Part shown: positions 11,445 through 25,482 of the stretch, piece after piece
Layout of the letters: every line of letters starts with the position of its first letter
Position numbering within the stretch: position 1 is the stretch's first letter
Assembly (NCBI GenBank): GCA_965285935.1
Contig: OZ260665.1
Coordinates: 27,280,001-27,344,000 of the forward strand
Length of the DNA stretch: 64,000 bases
From: Ophelia neglecta
Taxonomy: Eukaryota
Direction: 5' to 3'
The notes under the pieces: generated by a model
What the model saw: the letters and a program-made list of their open reading frames with translations, nothing else
Database searches by the model: none
Told to the model about the DNA's origin: nothing
Position numbers and translations under genes: made by a program

Positions 11445-13949
11445 GTAGGTGGCACCACTTTTAGGTAGATCAGCCAGGAAATTTCACTTCACTGCTGTTA
11501 CACTAGTAGTTCCATTGTTTCTGCTCCAGCCAGCAGCTGTTGACCAAGCACCTAGTTTGCCCCATCCAATACAGATATATAGCCTTTTCAGTTGCAGTGC
11601 CTTTGATAACATCATGATCTTCAAGTCGGCAGACTCTTGCTACTCAATCACCTTATTTATATAAGCGCTTTGCCTGTTGCTCTTGCACTTGTTATGTTTA
11701 TTTATATAATAATGCCCATATTTCTTTCACTTCCTGACTGAACGCCCCTTTAACAATTCTGAATATAATAATATGATTTCCTGGTAGACATTCCGAGGCA
11801 TTGAAGGGTTTTGTTTGCACCTGGGAATTATGTTGACAAATCTCAGCTTGTGTTTCAATATTGAACAACCAGTCCTTTGCTGTGGAAATGAGCTTTGCCT
11901 TGTGTCATTAATACATTATGCCAGTTATCCAGGTGTCTTCTTGTATTCCATCTAATCAATACTTAGGTAAACAAGAGCAGACTTCACCCACGCTCCCAGT
12001 TCTCTTGCCACACGCCACATCAATACTCACTGTTTGATCAGACTAGTTTAATTGACAAATAACCACTACGTTTTGACCTCCAGTGTTTATTGATATACTT
12101 AAAACACTTGTTGCATATCCAGCATATTTACCTACCTTTTCAATAAGTAGTGATTGGTGGTTAAAATACAACTCGGATTGAACCAAAGTGTTTTTTGATT
12201 GACGATAACCTCTTAATGGATCTTGCGATAATTTGGTGGCTTGGTTATCTACATGTTGAAGTGGGGAAATTTAAGATATCCCTACAACATTTTTTTTCTT
12301 GCTATGAACTGATTGCAACTAGTTTAGGAAGGTGTTCCATGAAATTCTAGGAATATCAACAGTGCACAGCTGTTTTTCTCAGTGAGCTTTCAATTTCAGA
12401 CTATTGCAGGGAGTTGAATGTATAAGTACACCTTGCACTGCCACTAACTAGTAACTTGGCATCTGGTTTATACACCAACTTCAATGAGATCTTTACCAAT
12501 ATCTGGCCAGATGTTTATTGACATAAGCAAACCTGCACCTCATCAGATCTGTGCAGCTTTCCTTATATGTTGTCTGACCCAGCTTTCTGTATGTTGTCTT
12601 CATTAAAACTCACTGGCTTTGTACCATTTGGAGCTTAAATAAAGGAATTCTCCCTCCAGCACTACTCAGGTATGAGCTGGCCCCTGAAACTCAACTTTCC
12701 TTTTGATCATAGTTATCTGTGGTCGTATATTGCTCCCACATGTCCAATTGTAAATAATTCTAGCCCAATGGCTGCTGGGCAATTTCCAGGGTAGAAAATA
12801 ATTATCTGTTGAATGGGGAGGATGCTACATGTCCCTGGTTCGGTGTGAGAATTGGATTAAGGAAATTCTTCAGTGGGAGGCGGGGGGGGGGGGGGGGATT
12901 TTTGGCATTTTTAACAGATGTGAATTATTGTTTCTCATTGTGTCTTTCAGATATAAGCTAGATTAGGCTAGGTCCAAAGAAGAGAATATTTCATATTTTG
13001 TGTCTGCTATCAGAACACTATGGTTACATTGAAAAAGTAAATAAGTTAGTTATAACACACTACCAAAACATGTTCATTATGTATGGTGCAATTTTGATCA
13101 ATGTCAAGTAAGTTTTTCTCAGATATTGAAATGTGCCATGTCCACTTGCTTTGAAGAAATTATATCTCACTTAGCTCATAAAATTTGTCTTTGAAATTTA
13201 ATTACAATAAGTAAGAATTTTTATTAAGAAATCATAATGTTATTTTTTAATAGTATCTGTCCATATTGGAGTATCTGCTATGACAACATAAAAAAAATTC
13301 CTGTGCAACTACCAATAAGTATGTGCCAGCTATAATAAAAAGACCAGTCAACTAGATAGATCAGGGTAAAAATTAGGTTTGTCAAGTCTGGTGTTTGACA
13401 ACATCATTTCAAAAGCTTTATAAAAGTAAACAGAGTGACAAACTCCAATTTTGGGTGGATGTAATTGTGAAGTTATGTTATGCTAATTCAGGAGTTGTAC
13501 CTTGATGGCTGGCTGACAGCTGATTGAGGCTGATTGATGTGTAGCAGATTAGCCAAAGATTTCCTTTCCTGCCTTAGCAGTGGTGCCAGACCCCACCCCT
13601 TCCCCCAGAAGGCTTATCCCATGTGCTGGTCTCACCACAGTGTACACAGGGCGTATACACAGCACACAGCCAGAGTGTCCCATGCATCAAACGCACTGCC
13701 AGCCAGCATCTTTCAGCATCAAGGCCCTCTCTTATCTGCAGCCTGGTGGGATCAGTTTACATGTAAATTTGATCCCTTCCCATTAGGAGAGTGTGGCTGG
13801 GTCTAATGCCCCACTGAGGCTGGGATGTACACCACATGTACAGCAGGCTGACACTGCCAGTACCCCAGTATATATATGTGTGATACAGTTGTGGGTGTAA
13901 GCCAGAGGTTACAGTATTAATTTGGCAGCAGCAGTGTTCCACACTCACT

Positions 13950-13997
13950 ATGAACATGAATATTATTCCAGCCGAAATGTTAGGCATGATACCAATG
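13950..13997 (+). CDS. Candidate alternative first coding exon of Rbfox (MNMNIIPAEMLGMIPM)
   Basis: Phase-0 donor ATG|gtaggt; TATA-like tatatatatg near 13869-13878 upstream. Confidence 0.4.
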
Positions 13998-16900
13998 GTA
14001 GGTACTTTATCATCAGTTTATGAATACCTATTAGTGATGTAGGATCATAAATGTTTCTATATGTATAATTCTATCAGTGTTTGAAGTTTATGGTGAGGAA
14101 TTTGTGATGGTTTGTGATGCCCTATGATGAACTTCATCAATACATAGCTGCATTAAGTCCATCCCTTAACATAAGCTGCAGCATCTGGTCCACGCCTGAA
14201 TGGTGAAAGCATATTGTTGTTATAAAAAGCTGTGGCTCATCCATATGTTAATAGATATTTGGAAACAAAGGTGGTAGTGTTTTCCACTTTTCACCACAAA
14301 GGTTGTGAATCTATGTGGGAAGGTTGGCCTAGATTTGACTCAGGCATGCCCGAGAGCCCTGCAGCTCCTTGCTCCTACGTCAGCTATCTTGGAAAGTGTT
14401 CAGAAACGCTATGAGACTGTATTAAATTTCATTAGCTGGCTGATGGGAATCTGACAAGCAGACTACGTAGATCTACGCAAATCTATTTTGACCCAAAAGC
14501 ACACCGCTTCAAGTTGCTCCAAGCTTCTTGTGAGGTTCAGGGTGTGTGTAAATTTATACAGTGTGGCTAGTTTTCAAACTTTAAAGTTGGATTCCCACCA
14601 TCATCATACCTCAACGATGAGCACAGTGATGTGGATTCCTCCAGGAGGAGTTGTTGGACCGAGAATGGTCAGTTTTTGTTAATTTTATTTATAATATTCA
14701 CCACCCTCTAACAGTAGTTGTGCCTATCACTCAGAGAAGTTAGCCTGCCTAAAGCGCACCCGCAGCCATATTGATGATGTTGGCAGTCATGTGACTCTAA
14801 ATATAGCCGAGGAACTACCACATGTGCAAAGCATGGCCTCTAACATGGCACTTAGCTTCCAAATATCTGGTGATTTTACAACAAATATCACATCGTAGCA
14901 TTGCGACATTTCCTCTTAGAATATGGCAGTTATTGGCAGTTTCATCAATAGTTCTCTCTGAAGGCATAACTGATGTGACTATTTTTCCCTTTATCATAAT
15001 CTGTCATGGTGTCCTGATGGTTCTCCCAGGAACTGAAGCTCCTCCGAGGGCCTAGTTCAGGCTCTGATGATGATTTATGTCAGTCTCAAGCATTCTCACC
15101 CTTTCATTTTTGATGAGAATTTATCTTGCTTGTAGACCTGCTAGCCTAATCAATCAACTGAAAATTATCAACTTAGCAGTGCATGTCTGCACGGTTTAAT
15201 AGCAATGTGCGTTAAGTAGCCCTCATGGTGTTACATCAATTTAGGATATGTTAAACTTAATATCTGTCTCAATTGCTTTATGGTCTCATCCATGTGGCTT
15301 TTTATTACAATATTACAAGCTATTTTATGTTATAAAGATTTTGTTATTTCCAAGCGGCATATAAAATAATCAGATATTTTATTTGTAAACATCTTGTATA
15401 TTGAATAACAATGTTCCTCTTGTGCCAGATGTTAGAGAAAATCAATTGATGTATTAACTGTGTGTAGCCGTTCATGCATCAGTGGAAATATCTTCAGCAG
15501 AGATCGATGCTCCAATTATAATTCATTGCATTGTGTATGGGATCTTCCACCATCTGTTTTATACCATTTTGTAACTTCATGTTACTCTTTAATGAATTGT
15601 TTTTATGTAGAAAAATAATATTATACCAATGTTTCCTTATGTAATAAGATAAGTTAAATTTACAAATTATGTGATTTTATGTGAAAATGAAACAGAGTGT
15701 ATAAAAATTTAGGGAAATGTGATATTTGTGTCTTAGTCTATACTTTAGTTCAGAAATGTTTGTGCCAACCAATTCTACAATCAGAGAACATAACAGTATC
15801 TGGGAATATAGTCCACAAGTAGACAGAATATTGGTCCCTGACACTAGATAAACTGTATATTTTTATGCATGTTCACTATAGTACTTCAGTTCCTCATTTA
15901 TTTAATATAAAGACCCTAAATACCGTTAATACACAAGTAAGGCATAGTTAGTCCTATTTCAGTGTGCTATTTAGTGCAAAGCTAAGCAAAACAGTCAGTT
16001 TGTCAGGAATGTGTACCTGAGTGCTAAATTTTGCCATTACTCTGCTAAAGGCGCTATTGATGACCCGCTTGCTTGAATTGAACATCAGCCGGAATCTCAT
16101 CTTTATTCATGTCACATTCAGTTAAGAAGCCAGGTATGCTTAATGCCTAATTCTTAGGGAAATATAGACAGGGTGTGGGTTGAAGATGCAATATTCTCCA
16201 AGCACTGGACTATCCAAGGTCCATCTGACTGGCTTTTTTACCTGCTAATGGACTTAATGTATCAATTTCTAATTTGTGTGTCCATTAGAGAAAGCTAATA
16301 TGGAGTTATGCTGACACATTTTAGAGACATACCTTTGTGTTCCTGTAGAAGGCACCGGGCCTGTATTCATCATGGTATTATTATTAAGCGTTACTGGTGC
16401 AGGGTTTACCATATCTTGGCCAGATTCTTGTGTACTGTCTGCCTTGATGGACATGGTAGCCTAGACCAATAGCTGTGTACAGGCCATATCCCTGCTTTAT
16501 TGTTATCAGGCTCTTCTCTTTGACACTGAGGTAGCCATAGGCCTGGACTCTAATGCCATCTCTTACTTGTGGATTCCACCCAGTTTCCATGGCAACCACA
16601 CTGGCAGTAGGAGCCAGGTTGCCATTCTATGGTGTTTTATTTTGACAGATGTGATGTGGGTTTATCTTTGGGCCTCTTTCACCTCTCCTTCCACGGACTT
16701 CCAGTCTCAGAGGCTGAGAGCACTTCTACAGCCTTCTTTGTCAAGTTTAATGTATGATCTGTGTTATTATCTGAACACCACTCACTCCAGCAAGCTGATT
16801 GTAGAGAGTGATACACTCACTTGGGTAATCAGCCAGAGTCTGGTAAACAACTTACAATCCTGTAATTACTCTCCTACTAGACAAAACAGCAAATATGCAA

Positions 16901-18173
16901 CCCCTTATAATTACACATTTGGTTTGAAGGAGTGTACTGGTTAAACTACATCAAGTTTTTTCATTCGCAGTTCCTACTCCAAGACAGGAAAGTCAGGGAG
17001 ACATTGATGTATTGAAGTAGAAAAACAAAGCTGACACCAACAAAACCATTATTTTGGATTGACTGGTGCAACATCGGGTCATGGGAATATAAGCAATGTT
17101 GTTGAATTAAAAAAAAACATTGGGTAAAATTACAGAAATTTCATCCTTGTGAAAATTGGAAGCACTGATGATCAGAAACTATAGCAGGCCCGTTGTTGTT
17201 AGCTCTATCAACAAGAGTAAAAACAGTCCTCCAGTGCATGGTACAGCTGGCAACATTTAGCTGCTTCTTTAAACACAATAATCAAAGTGCTCTAAATAAA
17301 ACCTTTGTTACAGCCATTGGAAATTTTGTGAGAGTGCACAACAACATATCCCAATACCAGTTCTAAATAGAATGAAATTGAATAAGGACTTGTGATAAAA
17401 GTGGCCAATTTGGCCCCATCTACCAGCATTTTCACAAAATACCATCCCATTTTGCATTTAAAGACCTCTGTCTGGCATACTTAGCACCAATTTTATGTGA
17501 TGTATCAATTTTTTTTATCTGAAAATTGACCTGCCATGCTATAGAAAATTTATGATAATTGCCTTGATTGACATTCAATTTCCTCTTGCTGGTTGAGTCC
17601 CATCTATTTTACAGGCCAGTATGGCCATGTTTCTGAGCTGATCACAATAACATGGAGTTAGAGATAGATAGTTGGCCAGGAGATTGACCTACATGTATAA
17701 TTCCCCCCATCCATACAAGCCATTACTGTAGGCACAGCTATTAGAAAAGTCTGCTGATATTTTTGAAGCAAAAAAACTAGTTTTGTGGGCTGCTTAACGT
17801 CCATTTACAACAACAAGAACCTGTCTAAAAAGAACAAGGTTTTTACTCTGAGTATTAACCCTGGAAACTGAGCTGAGTCACCTCTCAAAGGCAAAAAATG
17901 CAGGAAGGTAAATTGCTTCTCAAGGACACTTGTTTAGATATAAGCTCTAAAATAAATCTTGCACTTACTTCCTTCAGGAAACAGCCTGCAAGCCTTAGGG
18001 CATCTGTACAATTAGAACAGCTTCTGCAGCACACACACAAAAAAACATCCCACCATGTACATTTTTTCAAACAGTGATTTTCAGGGTGCACCAGCCAAGA
18101 ATTTAACTGTTCATGTATATTAATATTTCCTTAATGTTGATTAACAAAATATGCAGCAAGCTGTTCATGAACA

Positions 18174-18306
18174 TGCTAACAGTTTTCTCTTTCTCTTGCA
18201 GGTATGTATTTTGATTTGCTGAACTTGTTGGTAACTTAATGGGCAGGGATGATAAAGCCATCAAAGAAGGTAGTATGAGCTCAAAGTGGGCTGCATTAAG
18301 GTAAGG
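18174..18306 (+). promoter_or_regulatory. Candidate recursive splice site (ratchet point) with a 99-nt cryptic RS-exon
   Basis: Branch tgctaac + ttttctctttctcttgcag|GTATGT (AG ends 18201); a strong donor AAG|gtaagg follows at 18301. Confidence 0.6.
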
Positions 18307-21038
18307 TATTGCCAGTAGAGAGATGATAAAATGAGCAGCGACTTTCTAAGCATATAACCAGTAGTAATTCACAAAACAACCTAACAAGTTTACATTAAGA
18401 TAATGGTAAAGTGCTCTTAAAACAAGTTGGTTTTTTGAGTGCTCTGTAGAGTGCTTATTGCACAAGTATGTGCCCATTTTTTTGCAGAGTGTTTGTAGTT
18501 TACTGCGTATGGAGGTCTTTTTGCCAAATGTATGTTGTATATGGTCGTTACAGCCTGTAGTATGCCTCTATACATCATTAGAGCCTCTCGCTTTTTTAAG
18601 CCCCAATTATGTTACTTAAACTCCAATTGTCAACCATATCTGTCAGATACTCCCCAGAGCCATATATACATTCAAAACATGCAGAAAATGCCAAACAGAC
18701 ATTTGTAAAGGCTGGCCAAACCTGTAACTATCACCGGGGGCTTGCCACTAGTTGGTATAATCACATTCACCATGGTACAGGTTATCATGGGTACTGTCTT
18801 CTGTGGGTATAACTAAAAAGTCTATAGTCTGTAGTAAATGTTAATATTTCTTTCCAATGGCACAGAGCACAGTTGTCCCCTCAGGTAACTTGTGCATGTC
18901 TAGGGGGGGGGGGGGGGGGGGAGCACATAAATATAATGCCTATATAGGTTAGAGGCAGCCTCTGGTCACTGGGCTTTATCTGAGAATTATCAGCTTATTC
19001 TCCACTGGTCAATTAATACAACCATTAAACCCAGTAACATGGCACTACTGAATTATCTGCATATCAGTGATATTCTGCAGACTTTGGGTTTCACATTCTG
19101 ACAGGTTTAAATGGGTTAGTTCAGAGGTGAGTTGCTATGATCACCTCCTTCCATGCCTGGTCACCTCAGCTGCTGCCAGCCTTGTCAATAGTTAATGCCT
19201 CATGTATCTCTGATCATGAGCAACACTGGCAAGGCATGCAATGAAAATGAGTGATAAGCTGGCTTCTCCCCTCTCAAGTTTTAAGCAAGCCTCTAAATTC
19301 TGAACTGTTTGCCACCAGTTCCCTGCACCCACCGGAAGGGATTTTTCATGGGTGGAAGTAGATGTACGAAGACATCTATTGAGACTGAGCAGCCTGAGTG
19401 AAAGTGGGTTTCAGGAGATAGGTCAACCCTTAAGGCTATGATAATGAGAAGCTGTGCAACTACTGGAGTATAAAATTGGATGTGGAAAGAAATAATCCCC
19501 TTATTGTTACCCCATCAATGTGGAAGATTTCTACCATCAAAACATTACTGTGTTCATGAGGGTACTGATCAAGTCCAGCACTCTGTTTCCCATATCTTAA
19601 TAAGTAGCTTATTATGGATTTTGTACCTGCCCCTCAGTAATGACTAGCTAGAGGTAATGAGTCTGAGAAATAATTTGGTCACAAAATGAAGCCAGGAGTG
19701 ACAAGAAGACCTCATGGCCAATGTACATGCATTTTAAAGCCATTTTTCTTGCTGGTCGCCTTGCCCTAGTATCTGTAGACTGGTTTGTTTATAGTTGCCT
19801 GATTAAACTCTGTTGGTTGGACAGTAAATTTATAAAGGTTCAAAGGCTCTGCTACAAATCATCTCTAATGAGGCTTGGTCAAAATAGTTTTGTTCTTGTT
19901 ATATTGTACATCATTGTGAATCTCAGCTCCTAGTCCCTTGCATCAGGACAAGGGGAAACATTAGAGTACAGGTGTACAAGTTTGGATGCATTAAATTTTC
20001 ATAAGGTTGACATTGTCAAAACTCAGGAAATAAAAGTGTATCATTGTAATGTACCCAGAAGATGTCGGGTCCATCTCCATCTACAATGGAGCAGAATGAT
20101 CCACAATTGACTAACCAGGACATTTGGTGCAGTGAAATTAATGAACTATGCAGTACTAATAACAGTTTAACTGATTTTATGACCAACTCTATCATGTGTC
20201 TCTGTCATGTGTATAGATAGTGTGCCTCCATAGAAGGCTGTAGACTGTTATAATGTTGACCAAACCCATGTATTATCCAACCCCTGGTCTAGCAGGGCCT
20301 GTGTATTATCCCAGTTCAAGAGAATGATCTGGTTTGAGATTCTGGCTGTGGCTGGCCCCCTCTGGCAAGCCTCCCATTTCCCCTGATTGATCACCAGGGC
20401 CTGACCTGTGACTTTACCTCACTTCCCCTTTGCTAATCTCTGCAATTTTTGTCACCGTTCATGCACCAGCCACAGAATAATTACATTACATCTTTTCTGA
20501 ACCAAACTTCATCTTTGCAGAGGCCCTAAAAAGGAAATTGCACTGTCAAGTTTGTACTATTATGGATACCATGCTTCCCTCATGTATTATGCATAATTTT
20601 GGGACTGTCCATTTTTCTATGTGGGCTGTTCATGTCGCCGATTTGATCTCGTACCATATACAGTGTTTTAAACGGTTGTTTTAGTATTGCCAGACACTTG
20701 TTTGTTGTACTACTATATCCACATGGATATTGGCCTTAGTGAAACATAGAAATCTTCCTGTCCAACTCCCTGGTCACCAGTCATTATGTGAGCCAAGCAC
20801 GAAACCTTGGCATAGCTCTGGGGTATTCTCCGACTCTCATTTGCATGGCCTCCATCTGAATAATTTAGTCATCCTTGCTATTGAGCGAGCCTGCTCACTC
20901 CCAACGTGCTATCAGTGTGTTTATAACGTCTATGGCTTCCGCTCTGTTTATGGAGAAAGACTGCACAGTATATACTCTGATACAATAGATGAACACTCAA
21001 CAATAGCGCTGGACACTGGACAAGATCTCACTCTGGAG

Positions 21039-21059
21039 ATGGTTCTCAGCTTATATGGG
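21039..21059 (+). CDS. Candidate alternative first coding exon of Rbfox (MVLSLYG)
   Basis: Good Kozak context gagATGg; perfect phase-0 donor GGG|gtaagt; Inr-like TCAGT near 20912. Confidence 0.42.
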
Positions 21060-24000
21060 GTAAGTCTTTCCTTCAATCAAAAATGGAAGTCAGGTTTTTT
21101 GACGAATCTTGCCTTTGGCTATGATGCGTGTTTTGTATAAGAATTGGCAGCTCTCAGGGCAGAGTGATAGCCACACACTGTATTCCTTGGCTTGGTTTCC
21201 ATTTTCTCAGTCAGTGATGTGTGCAGAAACATGAATCATGCTTCACTAGTCAACGATGATGACAGCTTGTCATGTAGCCACATCATACTGTGCAATATTA
21301 AGGCGATCTTTGTTTAAGGCTGTCTTTAATATTGTATTCAGCTCCCAAGTGCCAGAGAGGCTGATGGTCACTCCTTAGTCCTACAAGACATGGAGATGGG
21401 CTCTTGTTGACTGTTCATTGATGCTGATATGAATATCTCAGCAGTTTTATATTTCACCTGATCAACCAGGAAAATGAAGACTTAAAACTGCAAATCATAA
21501 GTAACTCGATATTTTATATATAGTGTACTACACAGAACTATCTGATGTTTGAAGATTTCTGCCTTGCCAGTTAGACTGATGTTTAATTGTTGACAAGTGG
21601 ATCAGTCATCATCTTCCTTCCAGCTTTTTATTGTTGAATGTTACAGAATAACTTTGTCTGAAATTCATGACTAAGACCATTGGACACTACAGAATGCCCC
21701 TTCAATCCCAATGAAATGAGTGTACTGGTGAGTGTTAATGGGCACAATTATTAGCTATAATTTATTTCATGAGTTTTGTGAGGAGACTTGAAACATGAAT
21801 ATAACTAATTGCACATGATTTTTGCCTGAAACAGGAAATTGTATTATTTGCAGGCATTTCCAAGTTTTAACACAAACACAAACTGTCATTCTAACTAATA
21901 TGTCACAAATTACAGTGTGTGTTAGCACAGGAAGCATTAATTTGCTCCATGGCTGGATTGCATACTGTCTTCAGGAAGCCATCCATGGTGATCCAACCTG
22001 ATCTTCAGGAATAAGCCTTGGTTCTTATGTTACTTTATAGTACAGACATGAATTTAGCAGAGTGCTGTTCCATTTAAACAGGCTTGAAGGGAGTGGAATG
22101 CACCTACATTGAAACCATCCATGTACATTGGAACCCAGTTTAGATAAATAAGTTTAAGGTAATAATTTAATTTTGCCATATGTCCAGTATTTACCTGCCT
22201 TCTAGACTGAATAAAAAGCTACCCACCAACTCCTTGCAATGCCCTTTGTAGTGGAATGGAGAAAAACAACACATGCCAGTTGAGAATTTTTTTTATATTG
22301 TGTCCTTAAGTCCCTTCCTTAATTCCCATGCGGTCCTTTCCAACAGTGTACTGTAAATTTTTTTTAAAGCCCTCCTAGAGAAAAAAGCTATTTTTAAATG
22401 TTCACTTAATGTGGGTTGTGCAATATATATTTGTAACATGACTGACCTCTCCAATAGTTAATTGGCAGGTATGATTTTCATTATTTTTTTAACCAGACAA
22501 AAAATTATGAGCTGTTTGATATGACCCAACAGGCAATTGTGTGACTAATAATAGAAATAGTGTGACTAATAATATAAAGCAGCATATGTGGAATCATTAT
22601 TGTGAAGTTAAATATGACATTTGCCTAATCTGCAAACTGTCTTCTAACAGTTAAAGGAAGCGTGATAGGCATAGCTACGGACCACAAAGTAGGGAGTCAT
22701 CTGGGAAGACATGAAGCACTCAATATTGGAAACATTTATTTGTGTGTGGTATGTCATTTTTTTTGTAAAAATGACCTGAGGGTAGGAACTATTTCCAGAA
22801 ACGAGTAACAAGAATTCATCAAGGGAGTAGGCTAGTTATGTGACATTACACAGCGCCCTCCTCTTGACCATACTCTGGTGAAAAGGAAGTGTCAGAATCT
22901 ACATATTTATTGCCATTGTGACATTTAGCTATCAGGCTGGGGGCCAGATTAGTATTCAGGAGATATGGCAGACTACTTCTGTTCTGAGCCTGTCATCAGG
23001 GGAAGGATGAATGGGTCTTGACCCTGAACAGGGCAGACCTATGGATGGACCAGTGTATGGGTGCCAAGGGATATGGTCAGGGAGTGTATTTGAGCCAAGT
23101 AATAAGGTCTAGAGCTGGTCCCATAATATAGCACATAACAATCTCACAAACTGTAAACACTGACATAGTTTGGATGCTTCTGACTGAGCCTGGTAGTCAT
23201 CAGCACTTACCACACTCAGCCAGTAAGAGAGGTGGGGGTTCTAAGATGGACCCTCCCTCTCGTTCCTACTGATCAAGCCGGTTGACCTGACCTAGAGCCT
23301 ACTCTACTCTCAGGACTGTATTACCTACTTGCAGGAGTGCCTGTTGGCAGTATCCACTGAGTAGTGTCTGGGTAAGGCCATCCATTACTGCTCTGATTCC
23401 CAGAAGGATTACATTCAGGGAAGCAGGATTAACTGCCAATTCCTGTGCAGTAACAACATTTGGTTTTTGACTTACACCCTATTTGTATTCCTGTTCGTAA
23501 GCAGTTTATTTAGGGAAATTATAAGACACGTTAAGGAGGATATACTGCTGAAAACTTCAAAATTGCATCCTGTAAGAATCTGGGACCAACAGAACTGGGA
23601 CTTTCATTTTAAACCCCAGCTTGAACTAAGAAGTGTTATGATGCAAATGGTATATCAGGTAAAATTTTTCTTTTACAACGATGAGACATTGTAGAAATCT
23701 ATAATACCGTGATGACAAGGATCAGATGGGATAGGGACTGGGGTAGATTTATTCCAACACAATATAGCAAGGAGCAGCTGGGTTGCCTCAGGCAGCTAGT
23801 TTAGTAAGTTTGGTGTGGCTACAGATTTTGCATTTCTTCCGCGACCATCAACAAGTGGAACTTTACCAAATACATTCTTACTTTGTAGATGAAGAAAAGT
23901 TTTACAATCAGAATTCTGATTTATTTTTAGTATTTTTAAGAAAAAAATGGGACCTAAACATTCTACTCATCACTTGGGACCTGACCTAAATGGTCCTGGC

Positions 24001-25445
24001 CTAATTGGTGGGGACCTTGTCTTAGACGTGTGTCTTGGTGCTGTAATGATAATATACAGCCATCTACAAAGGTGACACACTTATAATGATATATGGCACT
24101 CCTGAAAAAGTTGACACCCTCCCTTGTCTTTCCCCCCTCTCCCCCCCCCCCCCCCCACTTCTACACTAGGTAGGTCTGGGTTAAGGGCCACCTTAACAGG
24201 ATTCTGTGTAAGTGTGTTAGAAATATGCCAGTAAAAATCACACTGTTGAAAGAATGAATCAAGTAAACCAGACCTTGGAGAAGAGTCAGCCATGGCAAAT
24301 TATTTATGAGGAAGATTTTCAGATCATTGTACATGAGAAGTATGTATAATTAAAATGTTCTAATGCTGTTTTGACTAATATCAGTTTGTAGAAGTTTGTG
24401 TGTATGCCGCAGTCTTTTGTTATGCCCTGAATGTCCTGCACTGACTGAGGCTCACTGGTCACCAAGCAATTTGGTTTTCTTAATCACACTAACATTTCTG
24501 GTCACAAATGCTGCAGAATGACAGAACATCGTGGTAAGAAAGCTTAGCTGCCAACAAAATGTGCTCCATGGCAAGAAGCTTTGTAAACAGCCTCATGTGC
24601 CATTTTAAATTGCTTGTATATTGCTTGCTGATATATGCTAACTATAAAATTTTATATAGGGCAAGCAGTTATACTAGACCATTAAAGTTGATTTGTTTTT
24701 AAAACAATAGCTTAAATATGATATATATATAATATGTCCAGATGGCTTTGCCATTATTAGACCAAGCTTTCATTATTGCTAGGCCAGTGTTTGATCCAAT
24801 TACCACCTACTGATAATTTCCACCTTGTCTTTGACTGGAGAATAATACCAGTCCCATGGGCCTAGTCCACACATGAAGACTCCTGATAGCTGTCACTTCT
24901 ATCAGCACCAGAAATTGGATTGGCTTCTTTGACAATCCCTTTGTCACTCCCTTCCCCATCTGGAACCTCCTCGTTCTGCCTGCCTGCCATGTTTACATGC
25001 TTCACACAACATGCCTATCTACTAGCTAACAAGCAGTCTGCTGATCACCAGCCAAATTGGTTCAATCATAAAAAATACTATATTTTGGCCTTCTAGTGTC
25101 CCTGACATATGTACAGTGCAGATTTGACTCCTTTAGGACATGTAGACTTTCCTGAATAAGAGCTGTTCATGTATTATTTATTTAAGCCATATTAATTTAG
25201 TGTGGTGTGATGTGGTGTGGTGATCCAAGGGTTGTTTTTTCACCTTTAACATTTAGAAATGCATAGACAGTGAAGGTATAAAATAAGGCAGTTCAGGACA
25301 ATATTTTCATGAAAATGTGCAAAGAAATACCATAGCTATTATGCACAAGTTTTCATACCAACTATATTTTTGTAGCCCAGCATGATGAAGGATGGGCGGA
25401 TGGGGGGATTATCTGGGAAAACCTGATATGCAAATGGCTCATGTG

Positions 25446-25447
<2 letters not shown>

Positions 25448-25480
<33 letters not shown>
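25448..25480. repeat. (CT)n microsatellite
   Basis: Perfect dinucleotide run. Confidence 0.95.

Positions 25481-25482
<2 letters not shown>

Noticed and set aside
20268-20279. ATGTATTATCCA (MYYP), resembling an insect Rbfox start
   Set aside because: Not followed by a GT donor; probably chance.
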